DNA of 64,000 nt, taken from the human T2T-CHM13v2.0 reference genome, Homo sapiens. A model generated the notes under the pieces. That model did not search any database. It was given only the letters and a program-made list of their open reading frames with translations, and was not told where the DNA came from. The stretch lies in NCBI RefSeq assembly GCF_009914755.1, contig NC_060928.1. One strand, 5' to 3'. The position numbers and the translations under genes are program-made. Position 1 is the first letter of the stretch; each line of letters starts with the position of its first letter. Shown here piece by piece: positions 40,618 through 54,393 of this stretch.

Positions 40618-42421
40618 GATAGAGCCAGTGAAGTCCTTTGGCCAGGCATGAATAAAAGAACTGTCTTTATTTGTTCTTGTCCCAATTTCTCTTCATTTGT
40701 TGCTCAGGTTCTGCTGAGTCTCACAGGTCTGTCTCTTATTACTTTTATCCCGGGTTAGCCACCAGCATATGTGCTTTTCTTTGATGATAGACATAATATG
40801 AAATTACAGACAAAAATCTTGATTTCTGCATACTATTGTTTAAAAATGCAACTTTAAATACAGACACTCAATGAAAAGCATTTCTGAAAAGGTGTTGCTC
40901 TAGGCAAGGGTTCCCTCTGTTTTGTGATAGTACTGTTCCTCTCTGTCTCTGTGAAGGTTCTACCTCTGCCGTTCTTCCTTTTGAGTCTCGTTAACACTGT
41001 GTTTATTTTACACTCCTCCACAATAAGAGCTGAGGAGTGGGAAAGCAACCCTTCGACTGGGGTGTGATCTGAAAATGGATTCCTCCTTTGAACAGAAACT
41101 CAGAAGTGATTACAACAGCTGTAAAAATGATTAAACATGCTTTTCCCTCTCCCAAACACAGCAGCTGGAGTTTTATTGTTTAACCAATTCATGCCCATTG
41201 TTAGAGAGTTTACAGTTTCACCTCCCCAAGCCTCAGGTTTTTCCTCCATGAGGGACCAAATATAGATTCTCTGGCCTCTGAGTCCTTTATTTTTCATTGC
41301 TTCCTTTCTAAGTGAATCAGGTATCCATGGAAACAACCGAAGATTAATACTCAAAATAGACAATCATTCATTTCTCTCTGAACCATACAGCAAAAATAAA
41401 GATTGTTTTAGCCACAGTTTGAATTCTTGCAACAAATTATGAAGTTCAGTTGCACAATATAGGTAGAAAGGAAGAGGCTATCCCTCTAAACATTTTTTTA
41501 AAAAAATATCTGAGTGTAAAAATCACAGAAGGCCAGAAACAGTATGTTTATCTTAGGTAGAAGCATCAGCTTTCATGAACACTGGATCTGGTCACTTAAT
41601 GAAACCTTTTAAAATTAGGTGCTGTTTGACTTCAATGGAACTGAGGTGCCAACTGTATTTTTGTGCTAGTGGTGACCCAGCTTGCCAAAGCTCCCCTACT
41701 GTGACCTGGGCCCTGTACCTACAGCAGTTGTAGGTAGGTTCTAGCCTGCTATCTTGTTTGCACTCTTTGTGAACCACCTCATCATCTAATATCTCAGTTA
41801 TTTATCTTCTTTTTCCCCCAACTACATTCCCTGGGACCAATATTCCGAATGGTCTATCTGGATCACAAGCTGTATTTTTGGCTACAGGAGAGCAGAACAA
41901 CTGATCTCCCCAAAGGAAACAAGACTGTTGTCTAGTAGAAGAATAGGGAATGGATACTGCAAGGTTGGAAGACAATCCATGTCAGTGACCAGGTTCACAT
42001 GAGATAGCATGTGCAGATGTGGAAAGACAGCACAGAGCCATGAGACAAGGAGGTACATGGTTGGCAGAAGTAGTGGGGACTGCATTAGAATTCCTCAGGC
42101 TGTAAAACTGGGAGTTTGAGCCTAGGTAGATGACTGCACCTGACATTTAAGAATTGGTAGATGACTGTTGTTAGACACTGTATTGTTTTGACTACTAGTG
42201 GGGCTGAACATTTGTTGTCTATTTATTCATGATTTACAGTTCTATAATTTTCTAATGTTCCTTGTCTACTTTCTCTTATAATTTTTTCCGATAAAGCAAT
42301 GCTTTTTATTTTAATAACAATGATAACTATTTGCTTGGTAGATTTGTGATAATTCTCCCAGTTAATAATTTTCTTTTAGTTTGATGTTACAAACAAGCTT
42401 TGTATTTTTACAAAATAAAAT

Positions 42422-42748
42422 TGTATTAGTCCGTTCTCACACTGCTAATAAAGACATACCCGAGACTGGGTAATTTATAAAGGAAAGAGGTTTAATTGGC
42501 TCACAGTTTAGCATGGCTAGGGAGGCCTCAGGAAAGTTACAATCATGGCAGAAGGGGAAGCAAACACGTCCTTCTTCACATGGCAGCAAGATAGAGAAGT
42601 GCTGATTGAAGTGAGGGAAAGAACAGCATGAGGGTAACCACCTTCATGATTCAATTACCTCCCACAAGGTCCTTCCCATGACATGTGGGGATTATGGGAA
42701 CTAAAATTCAAAATCAGATTTGGGTGGGGACACAGCCAAACCATATCA
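42422..42748 (-). mobile_element. THE1 (C/D-like) solo LTR with internal deletion
   Basis: tgtattagtccgttctcac...acagccaaaccatatca; TSD aaaat; the ...cttataaaaccatcagatc... segment is missing near 42620. Confidence 0.9.
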
Positions 42749-44117
42749 AAAATTAAATAATCTTTTTAATGAAATTTTAATCTATTGCTTTTATACTTGA
42801 CAAGTCAGTCTACAATCACAGACAAGAAAGATAATACAACTATATTTTCTTCTTATTTTACACTTCTGTTTTACACATTTAGCTGCGTGTTCTAGCTGAA
42901 ATTTATTTATTTTCTCTTCTGAGTGCTGAGAATTTACAATTATGCCCTCCTCCCATAGTTAGCTAATTGTGTAGATATCATTAATCAAATAATTCTTTCC
43001 TTTAGACTTGTGATGCCATTATATCATAAACAAAATCTTTACACATGCTAGAGTTTGTTTTTAAGCTATCTATTCTGATTCAACAATCTGTTAGTTGTCA
43101 TAAGTACAATATTTTTTGAATTACTGATGCTTTATAATGCATTTAAAGAGAGAAAAACTGCTCTTCACCAATTGCTCTTATTTTTTAAAAGACTCCTTAG
43201 CAATTCTGCTTGATTGTATTTCTTAAAGAAATGTCAAATGATATTTGGGACAAAATAATTTTGGGATTTTGATTGAATATTTATGTTAATTCAAGATAAA
43301 TATACATCTTTGTAGAAACATAATCATAATAGTACTTGGTGTTTATTGAATACTTTTGATGTTTCAAAAGTGCAACATAAATAATATCTCATTTAATTTC
43401 CAAAACAACCTTATGGAATAGGTTCTTTTATGATATTCACTTAAAAAATCAGGCCAAGAGGAATAATTTCCAAAATCCACATCGCTGATTAGAGGCATAA
43501 ACTCAGGTCTGACTCTACTGCTTATGTATGAGAGATCCTTCCAATTGTGTTCTTTTTCTCTATCATAGTAGATTTTTATCATTTTGCTTATATGGATTTT
43601 ATACTTTTAAAATTAAAATTATTCCTGCATATTTTATATACGTTCTTGCTTTCATTCATTTTACTTCTCTGCAGTTATTTTTGACAAACATGAAAGGTGC
43701 TAATTTGTATATTGATAGTGTACCAGGCCAACTTGGGAACCTGTTGAAAATGCTCTCAGTTAACTGTCTTGGATGTTCACCAGCAAAAAAATGATGTGTT
43801 AATATTGCTAACGTGGCAAGTCTCCCCAAATTGATCTACAGATTCAATATAATCCTCATCAAAATTCTACTCTGAACACAGATGCATGAAGGAAATGAAA
43901 TAATAGAAAATAAAATGTAACAGTATATCATGGAAATAATTTACCACGATCAAGTAGAGTTTAACCTAGTAAAGTTAGGAAATAAATCAACAAAATAATT
44001 CTTGTGAATAGTACAACAGGCAAAAGTATACTTGATCATCTCCTTAGTCGGAAAATGGCATTTGCTAAAATTTAACTTCTGTCAGTGATTAAATAAAAAA
44101 CATTAATTAGAACATTT

Positions 44118-44283
44118 AATTAATTTATTTTTATTTACTTATTTAATTAGAGATGGAGGTCTTCCTTCCTTATGTTGCCCAGGCTGGTCTCAAACTCTTG
44201 CACTCAAGTGATCTCCCAGGCTAGGCCCAGCCCTGGCCTCCCAAAGTGTCGGGATTACAGGCGTGAGCCACCATGCCCAGCCA
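44118..44283 (-). mobile_element. FLAM / Alu left monomer within old L1ME sequence
   Basis: tatgttgcccaggctggtctcaaactc...caggcgtgagccaccatgcccagcc; AT-rich tail. Confidence 0.8.
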
Positions 44284-45289
44284 GAACTTTTTAGAAGATA
44301 GTTTTCTTTACATATGATAAGATTGACAACATCATATTAAATGAATAAACACACTAGAATCAATTTTACTAAAACCAAGAATAATACAAAGATGCCTGTT
44401 ACCACTGTCAACTATTTAGCACAGTTTAACTTTTAGGCAGTGGATTAAATAAAGAAATAAAAACAAAAGATAAGTCCATTGAAAAGGGAGAGAGAAGATC
44501 CTCAGTATTTACAAATGAATTAATTATATTTTTTAAAAATTCTATAGAATGGAATGAGAATTACAGAGAAAATTAATTATTAGAATTAATAAGAAAATTC
44601 AGTAAAATTGTTCAATTAAGACATCAGTGTACAGAAATGTAGCAATTACTAGAGCATAGAATGGAAAAAAATTCCATTGGTTGGGCACCTGATTATGAGG
44701 AAACAATTGTAATGAATCTCATAGGCCCCTGCTTTTGGAATCCTTGTGATTTAATGTGGAGATGGCAAATGGAAGAAACCCCCGCTCACAAGCTCTGCTG
44801 CTTTGCCATGGCAGGCGCTGCTGAGTTCACACCTTTCTTCACTCTGAATAAGTTACTACCTCAGAAGCTTTCCCAATGCAAGTTCCCGAGAGACTACTCA
44901 CCATCTTAGATGGTGAGGAAAACAAAACTTGTTTGATCCCTTATAGGGCCTACGTTTTCCCAAATTTCCTTTTTCTGCAAAATGAAAGTTTTCATTTTTG
45001 TGACAATGGATTTCAGCTATATCTCAGAAGCCCATGCTATTAAAACAATTTCATGCTCATTTGTGAATTTTTGAAGATCTCTCTTACGGCATTAATGCTT
45101 TCACTAGAACATGACAGAGGAGTTTGTAAACCCCAAAAGAGTAAACTACTTGTAACAAATAATTGAAAGAGAGAGAATGACTTTTTATTACTGGATTGAC
45201 CTAAATTTGGAATCAGAGAACAGGGCTGAAGATAGAGCATGTCAGCTCTGGAAGGCATCAAAAGGAGAACCAGTTTGCTTATCTGAGGA

Positions 45290-45591
45290 ATTTTTTTTTT
45301 TTTTTTTTTTTTTAGACAGTCTCTATCTGTCACCCATGCTGGAGTGCAGTGTCACAATCTCGGCTCACTGCAACCTCCACCTCCCGGGTTCAAGTGATTC
45401 TGCTGTCTTAGCCTCCTGAGTAGCTGGGATTACCGTACACACCACCACACCCGGCTAATTTTTGTATTTTTAGTAGAGACAGAGTTTCGCCATGTTAGCC
45501 AGGCTGGCCTCAAATTCCTGATTTCCAGTGATCTGCCTGCCTTGGCCTCCCAAAGTGTTGGGATTACAGGCGTGAGCCACTGCTCCTGGCC
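45290..45591 (-). mobile_element. AluS
   Basis: Long poly(T), full dimer, flanking aggaat repeat. Confidence 0.92.
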
Positions 45592-45683
45592 AGGAATGGA
45601 TATTTTCAGGAGATTATTTGAAGGCTACTGGAAAGTGAGAAATGTTTCATTTGTCTAGAATGGTAAAGTTTTAGAGTGAATAG

Positions 45684-46053
<370 letters not shown>

Positions 46054-47740
46054 AATGTATAGTTTTAAAAACTTTTCAATGTCTTTTTCAGCTCAGTGGC
46101 TTCAAGCAAAAAACATCTTTATATAAACACCAACAGTTCAAATGCATTAGGTTTTGTTTAAAACCGAAACTTCCCAATACTCCCAATGATCAGAGACACC
46201 ATCTTAACTCTTCTGATGAATAAAAGGAGGTGGCCAGAGAGGAACTTTGTGGAAACAACCAGACACCCAGCTATGTGTATGTGTATTAATGTGTTACCAT
46301 CCACCATCTCTCTTAGTCTTTCCTGACAATACACAATCACAGCATTTGCCTTTTCCCCAGAAATCTGAGGCTTAACAGAGAAAAAACAGATTTTGGAGTC
46401 CTGCACTGATTCAAACTTGACCTTGCTATTTTCTGTCTGTGCTACCTTGGCAAATTATTCACCCTCTCTGAGTTTCATATACAAAACACTTGCATCCCCA
46501 GGTTGCAGTGAAGGATAAATTAAATGCAAAGTGCTACATGGTAAGTGCACAATACATTTGAGATCCATACCTCTAAACTCCTAGAGCTTTTATCTTCTGT
46601 GCTTTGTTGACACCTTGAGTTTATTCAGCCTTATGTATGTGGTTAGCATTTTATGCACTGTCCCTTATCCCAAGTCAATTGAGAGCACCTTGAAGGTGGA
46701 GGCTAGGTACAGGAATCTCTAGTAATGCTTCGCATGGTGTTAGGCATATGTCAGATACCCAATAAATGAAGTTTGATTTAACAAACTCTTTTGAACCTTC
46801 AACAAGCCTATCAATGATAAATAAATTCTAATAGGATGAAAAAAGGGAATGGACCAGTCATAAATAAGTGGGGTAATACATTACAGGATCTTCCATTAGT
46901 GGACCATTATATAGAAACTAAGATTATGTTTTTAAAGAATACTTAATGAGGTAGCTCATGATATATTATTTAATGAAAGGGGTAGAATCTGTAATTGTCT
47001 ACTCTGAATATGATCAGTATTGTAATGTATGTGAGACAAGAAGACTTGCAGGATATGTATCAAAGTATTAGTATTGATCACATTAGAGCAATGAGATTAC
47101 TTTCTTATTGTTCCTCTTTGTTCAAATGATGTACAATGAGCATGTATTACTGTACAATCAGAGGGAAAAAGCCTAGCAATTTTTTCTTATGGAGGATGGA
47201 GGGGATATTCCATTATAAAATGAATTTCCTAAGGTTGCTGCAAATCCTGCTTTAGGGAAATTGATCTTGATGGCCTTGTTCTCACAGCACCCCACCCCAC
47301 ATAGCACCAATGTGAGTTGTGTTATCCTATTGCATTAAATGTTCACCCCAAGGTTAAAGAGAAATAGAGAAAGAAAGGATTTCCTGCAGGACTGGGCCAC
47401 TTATTTATAAGTCCCTTGTCAGATGCCCTTGAGATTTCAAGGTGTTAAAAAGGGGCCTCCCTGCTTGTGCCATTACCAGGTAAGCAGAGTCTTGACCTCT
47501 GATGTACTCTTTGACAACCCCACAAAATACATAGTGAATGGCAGCAGGGTGGATGTCAGGACCCCTCTCCCAGGCCAGAGGATGCTGACCTGCAGACTGT
47601 GTACCTGACATGACAGCAAGTCTAATAAAGTGGCTCAGAGTCAAGATGGCATGTTGTCATTTGTGAGTTCTGCAACTTTGAGAAAACTGTTTAATTGTTC
47701 TGTCTTATTTGCAAAATGGGGGATAATAACTTCACCTCAC

Positions 47741-48095
47741 TGTTAAAGACTGAATGTTTATGTCCTCCCCAAATTCATATGGTAAAATCCTGATCCCCAA
47801 TGTGATTATATTAAAAAGTGGGGCCTTTGGGAGGTGACTAGGTCATGAGGGTAGAGCCCTTATGAATGGGATTACTGCCCTTATAAAAGGGACCCCTGCT
47901 GCTCTCTCCTTTTGGCCATGTGAAGATACACTGAGAAGTTGACAGTTTGCAGGGAAAAGACCCTCACCAGAGCACGACTATACTGGCACCCTGATCTCAG
48001 ACCTCAACCTCCAGAACTGTGAGAATAAATTTACGTTATTTATAAGCCACCCAGTCTATGGTATTTTGTTATAGTAACCCAAACTGACCAAGATA
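47741..48095 (+). mobile_element. MLT1A-like LTR
   Basis: tgttaaagactgaatgtttatgtcctccccaaattcatat...ctccagaactgtgagaataaattt...; TSD ctcac/cccac. Confidence 0.85.
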
Positions 48096-49289
48096 CCCAC
48101 CAGGACATTGCAGATTCAGTGTCATCATGCTTGTCAAGCTCCTAACTTAACCCATGGAGGATAACCATTACTGTGACTCTTATTAGACCAGTACGGTTTC
48201 ATGAAAGGAGCACAGGCTTTGACCTTGAGGACCCATGTTCAAAGCTCACTTCACCACTTATTAGCTCTGTGACAAAGGGTGTCACTTAACCTGCGTAAGC
48301 ATCAGTCTTCATATCTGCAAATGGGGCTTATGATACCTACTTCCAAATGTGGCTATAAGGAGTAATGACCATGCATAGAGTGAATGCAGTAGCCAACAGC
48401 AGCCAGGCGGGTAGCAAGAGTGAGTGAAACAGGCTGAATGTTACAAGCTGGAGAGCAGCCAACCAGGGCAACTGTGACTCAACACCAGGCAACTGTTACC
48501 ATCCAGCAATTCAGAAGTGTGAGGCTGTTGTCTGATCCGATTTTTTAAGAAAAATAAGATACTTCAATTTTTATAGGAAATTCATCAGTTTTCAAGTGCT
48601 GGCAAATAATAAGAAACTGTTTAGGCAACATTATATAGGCCACCAGTGGTAGATTGGATTCCTAATTGTTTACTTATAGCCTTTGCCATTTGACTTTGCA
48701 AGAGGCAGAGTGTATTTCCCCGCCCTACAGATTCTGGGCTTGTCCTTTTGACTTGCTTTGGCCAATGGCAGTGTGAGCAGGTGTGTGCATGTGTGTGTGT
48801 GATTTGACATGGTCTCTATCACTTCTGCCCTGTGCCAAGAGAGGAGCATTCCATGGAGGGCCACTGTTTCTGAAAGAAACATGAGGGACAGACCCACAGC
48901 AGAGTTGCCCCAGCTGATGAACAGTTAGTTCCATGAGTGAAAAAAAAGAAAGTGTTGCTTGTCATCAGCCATTGAAATTTTGAAATTATTACAAAGCAAA
49001 ATCCAAGTAATGCATTACACTTAAGTTCCCAGTTTAAGACCACCAAGGTAAAACATCTGGCAAGTGACTGGTAGATAAAATGTTCTTGACGAATGGTTAT
49101 CATTACACTTATTCTGGTCCGGACAAATCTTATGGGGTTTCTATACTAAAAGGCAGGCTTGGTCCAATCCCTTGCAAAATGTTTGTTTTGTGCTGATTTG
49201 AGTTCTGAGAAACTTAAACACACTCATCTCTGTCTATCTCTTGCCACCTTATATACTTACAGGGATAAATATTACCACTAATCTTGGAA

Positions 49290-49863
49290 TTAACCAACTT
49301 GCTTTTGATTTTACAGGCTCCTAGGCGGAAAAGACTTGTCTTGTGTCTCAGATGAGACTTTGGACTATGGACTTTTGAGTTAATGCTGAAATGAGTTAAC
49401 ACTTTGGGAAGTGTTGAGAAGGCATGATTGGTTTTGAACTGTGAAAAGACATGAAATTTGTATGGGGGTGGGAGGGGCAGAGTGATATGTTTTGGCTCTG
49501 TGTTGCCACACAAATCTCATCTTGAACTGTAGCTCCCATAATTACCACGTGTTGATGGCAGGACTTGGTGGGAAGTGATTGCATCATGGCGGTGGCTTCC
49601 TCCATGCTGTTCTTGTGATAGTGAGTGAGCTCTCACAAGATCTAATGGTTTTATAAGGAGCTGTTTCCCCTTTGCTCACTCACTATCTCTTGTCTGCTGC
49701 CATATAAGACATGCCTTTGTTTCTCTCTCACCTTCCGCCATGACTGTAAATTTCCTGAGGCCTCCACAGCCATGAGGAACTGTGAATCAATTAGACCTCT
49801 TTCCTTCATAAATTCCTCAGTCTTGAGTATGTCTTTATAGCAGTGTGACAATGGACTAATACA
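49290..49863 (+). mobile_element. THE1D/MSTA-like LTR (49483-49863) with 3' end of MaLR internal sequence
   Basis: Internal ttgcttttgattttacaggctc...gagactttggact...polypurine tract, then tgatatgttttggctc...atggactaataca. Confidence 0.88.
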
Positions 49864-50354
49864 ATGGCAAAAAGTGGTGTCATGATTTCTTACTTGGAAT
49901 TTCTTCACTCATTCAATCCAACCATTATGTATGATAGAGGTTAGATATTAAGAATACAGATTACAATGATTAAACTTCTCAGAGCCAAAGAAGTCTAATG
50001 GGACAGTGAGGGGTATTCAGCAACAACAGAATTTGAAAGGAAATGCTGGAATGAAGCAAGAATCAGGTGCTTTTGGACCCCAGATGGGGCAGTCAAGCCT
50101 AACCAGAGGTGGGGAGATGTCTCAGAGGACAAGAGAATCAAACAGAGTTTTTAAAGACGAGTAGCTTTGGTTACATAAGAAGGTGGAGAATGGCATTTTA
50201 AGAGGATAAATATTTAAAGACACATGAGGCATAAACATTTGGTGTATTCAGAAAATAGTAATCTAGGGTAGTGAGTTAATCAGGTCTAAGTGGGGAGGGA
50301 GTGAAAATAAAACTGTAAGGTAAGCTGAGGCTGGGTTGTAAATTGCCTTGGTTG

Positions 50355-50882
50355 TTGTAGATGTTTTTTTCCCAAAGGTGACAGCTATCAATTTCTTCCC
50401 TCCTGGTATGCACGTGCCATTTACCCATCATAAGTGTAGTCTGTCCTTTAGTGCCTTGAACCTGGGCTGGCTTGTGGCTGCTTTGGTGGATAGCATACAG
50501 AAGAGGTGCTTCAGTGCCAGTTCTAGGCACTGGCAATTTCTATTCCCTACGTTTTGGGATGCTGTCTCTTGCAACACCCTCTCTTAGAACCCAACCATTA
50601 TATTATGATAACCTCATAGAGAGGCTATCAAAATGCACTTCAGTGAACAGCACTGGTTAAGCTCCTACCCAATAGCTAGCATAGTGAGGGCACCATCTAC
50701 AATGTCCAGCCTAGTCAAGGCTCTGATGACTTCTCCCCCAGCTGCCATCTGACACTCTAAGGTATAAATCACCTGGCAAAGAGCAGTGAACTCTCAGAAG
50801 GGTAACTAATAATAATCAAGTGTTCTCTTGAGTTAATAAGTTTTGGATTGTTATACTATGCAACAACAAATAACTGGAATAG
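50355..50882 (+). mobile_element. MLT1H/G-like LTR
   Basis: ccttgaacctgggctggcttgtggctgctttgg...ccccagctgccatctgac...aaataactggaata. Confidence 0.6.
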
Positions 50883-50922
50883 GTGTTAGATAAATTGTTC
50901 TATGCATCATCTGTAATGATTG

Positions 50923-51293
50923 TGCAATAGTTTGAATATGTCCCCCAAATTTCATGTATTGAAAACTGAACTCCCAAGTTTATGTGTTGATGGCATCTTG
51001 AGGTGGGGACATTGGGAGGTAATTAGTGTTAAATAAGGTCATCAGGGTAGGGTCCCTATGTTGAAACTGATGGCTTTATAAGAAGAGAAAGAGTGATCTG
51101 AGCTGGCAAGCTTTTGCCCTATTGCCATGTGATGCCCTCCACCATGTCACAATGCAGCAAGAAGCCCCTCACCAAATGCTGATACCATTCAATTGGACTT
51201 CCCAGCCTCCAGAACTGTGAGCTAAATAAGCTGATTTTATTTATAAATCACTCAGTCTGTGGTATTCTGATATAACAGAAAATGGACTAAGAT
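50923..51293 (+). mobile_element. MSTC/MSTD-like LTR
   Basis: tgcaatagtttgaatatgtcccccaaatttcatgt...ggacttcccagcctccagaactgtgag...gaaaatggactaaga. Confidence 0.8.
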
Positions 51294-51448
51294 TGTATAT
51301 ATAAATGACTTTAAAGAATTGATAAAAGAAAACCTAAAATGGTGAGGTGAGGGTGAGGGATGCACTGGAAGTTATCTTAAAAGTACACAGTGGGAAAGCA
51401 ATAAAGTATCTGTTTCTCTATATTTTCATTAGTTCTGTTGCTATTACA

Positions 51449-51560
51449 GTATACATGTGTAACAAACCCGCACATTGTGCACATGCACAATAGAACTTAA
51501 AGTATAATAAAAGAAAAAAGAAAATAAAACATTAAAACAGAAAAATAAAAATAAAAAGTA
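51449..51560 (+). mobile_element. L1PA extreme 3' fragment
   Basis: gtatacatgtgtaacaaacccgcacattgtgcacatg...agaacttaaagtataataaaa plus A-rich tail. Confidence 0.8.
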
Positions 51561-51699
51561 AGAATGTTCTAGGAAGGGAATGTAATATTCTAGGAACAAA
51601 ACCAAACCAAACCAGGCTTTACAGTCAAGGAAGATCCAGGTTAAAATCCCAACTGTTGCATTCCTGATGTAGGAGACCAGGGACAACTTACTTAATGGA

Positions 51700-52180
51700 G
51701 TAAGCAAATTTGTGCCCACATAGATGTCCTTTATTAAGCCAGAACACTGGTCCCAAGATACTGTTACTGTTGCATCTAGTTGGTTTCTTCTCTGTAGAAT
51801 GCCCCTCGGTTGATGAAGCCATCTTGCTGTGAAGGTCACAAATCCCTCATACATTCTGGGGATGGTTCCCAATCAATGAAGGGTTGATATTGATACAGGT
51901 GCCAAAAGGCTGGGCTGTAGCACAAGCGGGGATAACTCTTCAGTGAGGTCTACAAAGCCTTCACCTCATGGATTAGGCCCAGGAAGCTGACTGTGGAGGC
52001 CCATAGCTTTCCTTAGTTCTTTCTCCTTCCCTATCCTGCTTTTCCCACTCTCATATATATATATGATCTTATATATAATATATATATAATTTTTTTTTTC
52101 TGTAGAACATACCCTTAATAAACCTCATGTCCCTGAATCCCAGCTTTAGGCTCTGCTTCTAGAGATCCGAACCTAAGACA
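51700..52180 (+). mobile_element. Old ERVL-type LTR (LTR52/LTR16-like)
   Basis: Typical 3' end cttaataaacctcatg...ggctctgcttctagag..gaacctaagaca; 5' boundary uncertain. Confidence 0.5.
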
Positions 52181-52703
52181 CTTAACCTTTCTTTAGCTTC
52201 CCCTTTTCAAATCCCCTTCCCAGAATTCAGTGAGATGATAAATTGAAATTGCCTGGCACTTAATAAACAAACACCCAATAAATAATAACAGATTTCCTCT
52301 CTCATCTTTCTTTATCATTAGTGCAAAGTGAAAAATATGAGTAATGTTCTTTAAACATAAAAGATCCTCCAGTGAATTTTCCTTACTCTGTATAGAAAAA
52401 TAGGCAGGTGAGACATTGATTTTTAAAATGGTAATAATCATGCTTATGCTATGGAGTTATCATGAGGATTAATTGAAATAATGAGCCTTAAGTAGAGTTC
52501 TTTAGTGCAGAGCAAGCACTCAGTGACTGGAAGCTACTGCCTTTCTACTTGACTACAACCTCCAAGAACACCATCCAGTCTGTCTTTTCATGTTGTATCC
52601 TCGGCTAGCACAGGACTCAGCACAGAGAAGGCATTTCTGTGTTTGCTCAAGAAGCTGCAGTGAACAAGGAAAGAAACAATACTTCATAAAAGATGGCACA
52701 GGT

Positions 52704-53174
52704 TGTAGGACAGTGCTTCTGTGGCCTCGAACTGACCCAATTCTCTCCTCTTTCTTGCTCTTAGTTCTCAAGAATAACTGTAGCATGAGCTGGGAATGAA
52801 ACATCCTAAGATAAGGGGTGCCTGGCTGAAACAGCCTGAGCTCTGGTCCCAACCCATCCCCTCATAGAAACAGGATGCCCTTCAGTGCTTTAGTCCAGCG
52901 TGTCACATGACCCCAGGGTATAAAACCCAGGTCCGGCTGCTTTCCAGGTTCCCTCAGCTGTGGTGCAAATGGGGCTTGCACCATCTGCCCTGGGCAGCTT
53001 TTCTGAGTCTTGGGGACTAGGTCCCATGAATCCTAGGCTTCTGTTGTTTCTTGATGCCTGTCTGTAAGTAATAAACCTGCTCCATGTAATTTGTTGCACA
53101 TAAGTAAGTAAGTGTCTTCTGGCTCACTGGACTCAGACAAGTTGGTAACCAGTGCACAGTGAACTTACTTCACA
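52704..53174 (+). mobile_element. LTR47-like ERVL solo LTR
   Basis: TG...CA ends, TSD caggt/cagat, TATAAAA 52919-52925, AATAAA 53070-53075, terminus ggactcagacaagttggtaaccagtgcacagtgaac. Confidence 0.78.
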
Positions 53175-53308
53175 CAGATTTTATGGTTCCACTTCATTTG
53201 GAGTCTGGGCCATGAATCTAAGCTCAATACTTCTGATAATTGTGAGCAGATTGCTACACACGTACTCACACAAATAGCCAGATTCACTTGCTTTGGTCAT
53301 TAACACAG

Positions 53309-53314
53309 TTTATT
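53309..53314 (-). terminator. LDB2: Distal polyadenylation signal AATAAA
   Basis: Plus-strand tttatt; upstream UGUA motifs in the mRNA sense; lies at the edge of the unique sequence. Confidence 0.8.
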
Positions 53315-53591
53315 ATTGGCACACTTATCAGTAAAGCATACATAAAATACAGCTGTTTTTTAACACACGGAGCCACTGTGCCTTTACATGTGTGGAGGAA
53401 CATATTAATATGCAAATGGAAAAATTAATTCTCTTATAAAGTTTCACATAAATACACTGGAGTTGCCCAAAAACGAAAAGTCCCCATAAAAGAACCAGGT
53501 GAGAGCTTTACAAAATATCATACAAGAAATATACTATAAAAAGAAAGGATGGTCAACTCAGGTACAATTAGAAAACACACAAAGGTTCAGG

Positions 53592-53597
53592 TTTATT
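53592..53597 (-). terminator. LDB2: Proximal polyadenylation signal AATAAA (candidate)
   Basis: Plus-strand tttatt, followed in mRNA sense by GU/U-rich CCTTTGTGTGTTTTC. Confidence 0.55.
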
Positions 53598-54393
53598 AAA
53601 CTGCCCACAAAACCAATGGATTACATGGCTTGAAAATATTTGGATCAACAGCAACTTTACAAATGCATAAATTCTTAAGGGTCCAATTGTCTTTCTTTAC
53701 TTAAAAATCTGCCCTGGTGTCTTTGATGAAAAAAATGACATTTCTTGTTTCAGCACTTGGGCTAAATTGAGTCGACTCAAGACAAGAACCAATTGACATC
53801 AGCTCAACCATAAATTACCTTGCTGGGCCCTCTTAGCTGTTGCCCAATGAAAGAAAACATAAAGAAAAAAAAAATAAGGTACATTTAAATTACTTTCCAA
53901 AGCTGATTTTTTTGTCTTTTCTTTTTTTACTGAAACAAGAAACTCTCAGATGCAAGTCAAAAAGCAGAAAATATTTTACAATATTAAAAAGTCATCTGTA
54001 GTTAGGTTCGGCATATTAATGAGATCCTGAGCACTGAGCATTTATGGACAATATGGCCTTCGTTTGATGCATAAAAAGGAAATTCAACACAAACACGTTG
54101 TTAAAACCGTGCCAGAAGATGCGCTAGAGTTTTCTCTCATTTTAATTACAATCAGTGCCAGTATCTGTATTACCTGTGAAGGCCTCCAAGAAAGGGTCAT
54201 GGAAGCTTATTGGGAATAATCCTCTCAATTAGAAAAAAAGAAAGAAGAAAGAAAATCAGATCATTGTGGTTTAGAAATAGATATTTGCATGGAAAAGTTT
54301 TTATCTCTTCTGTTTCCTCTCCTGTAAGTAAAGATTTGCAATTGTAATGATCACCCACGGGCCTATTGACAGTGGATTCTGGTGCCGATCATC

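Larger units (their letters stand above)
53290..54393 (-). other. LDB2: LDB2 3' UTR (end approximate)
   Basis: Repeat-free AT-rich sequence between the stop codon and the distal AATAAA; interspersed repeats resume ~120 bp beyond it. Confidence 0.85.
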
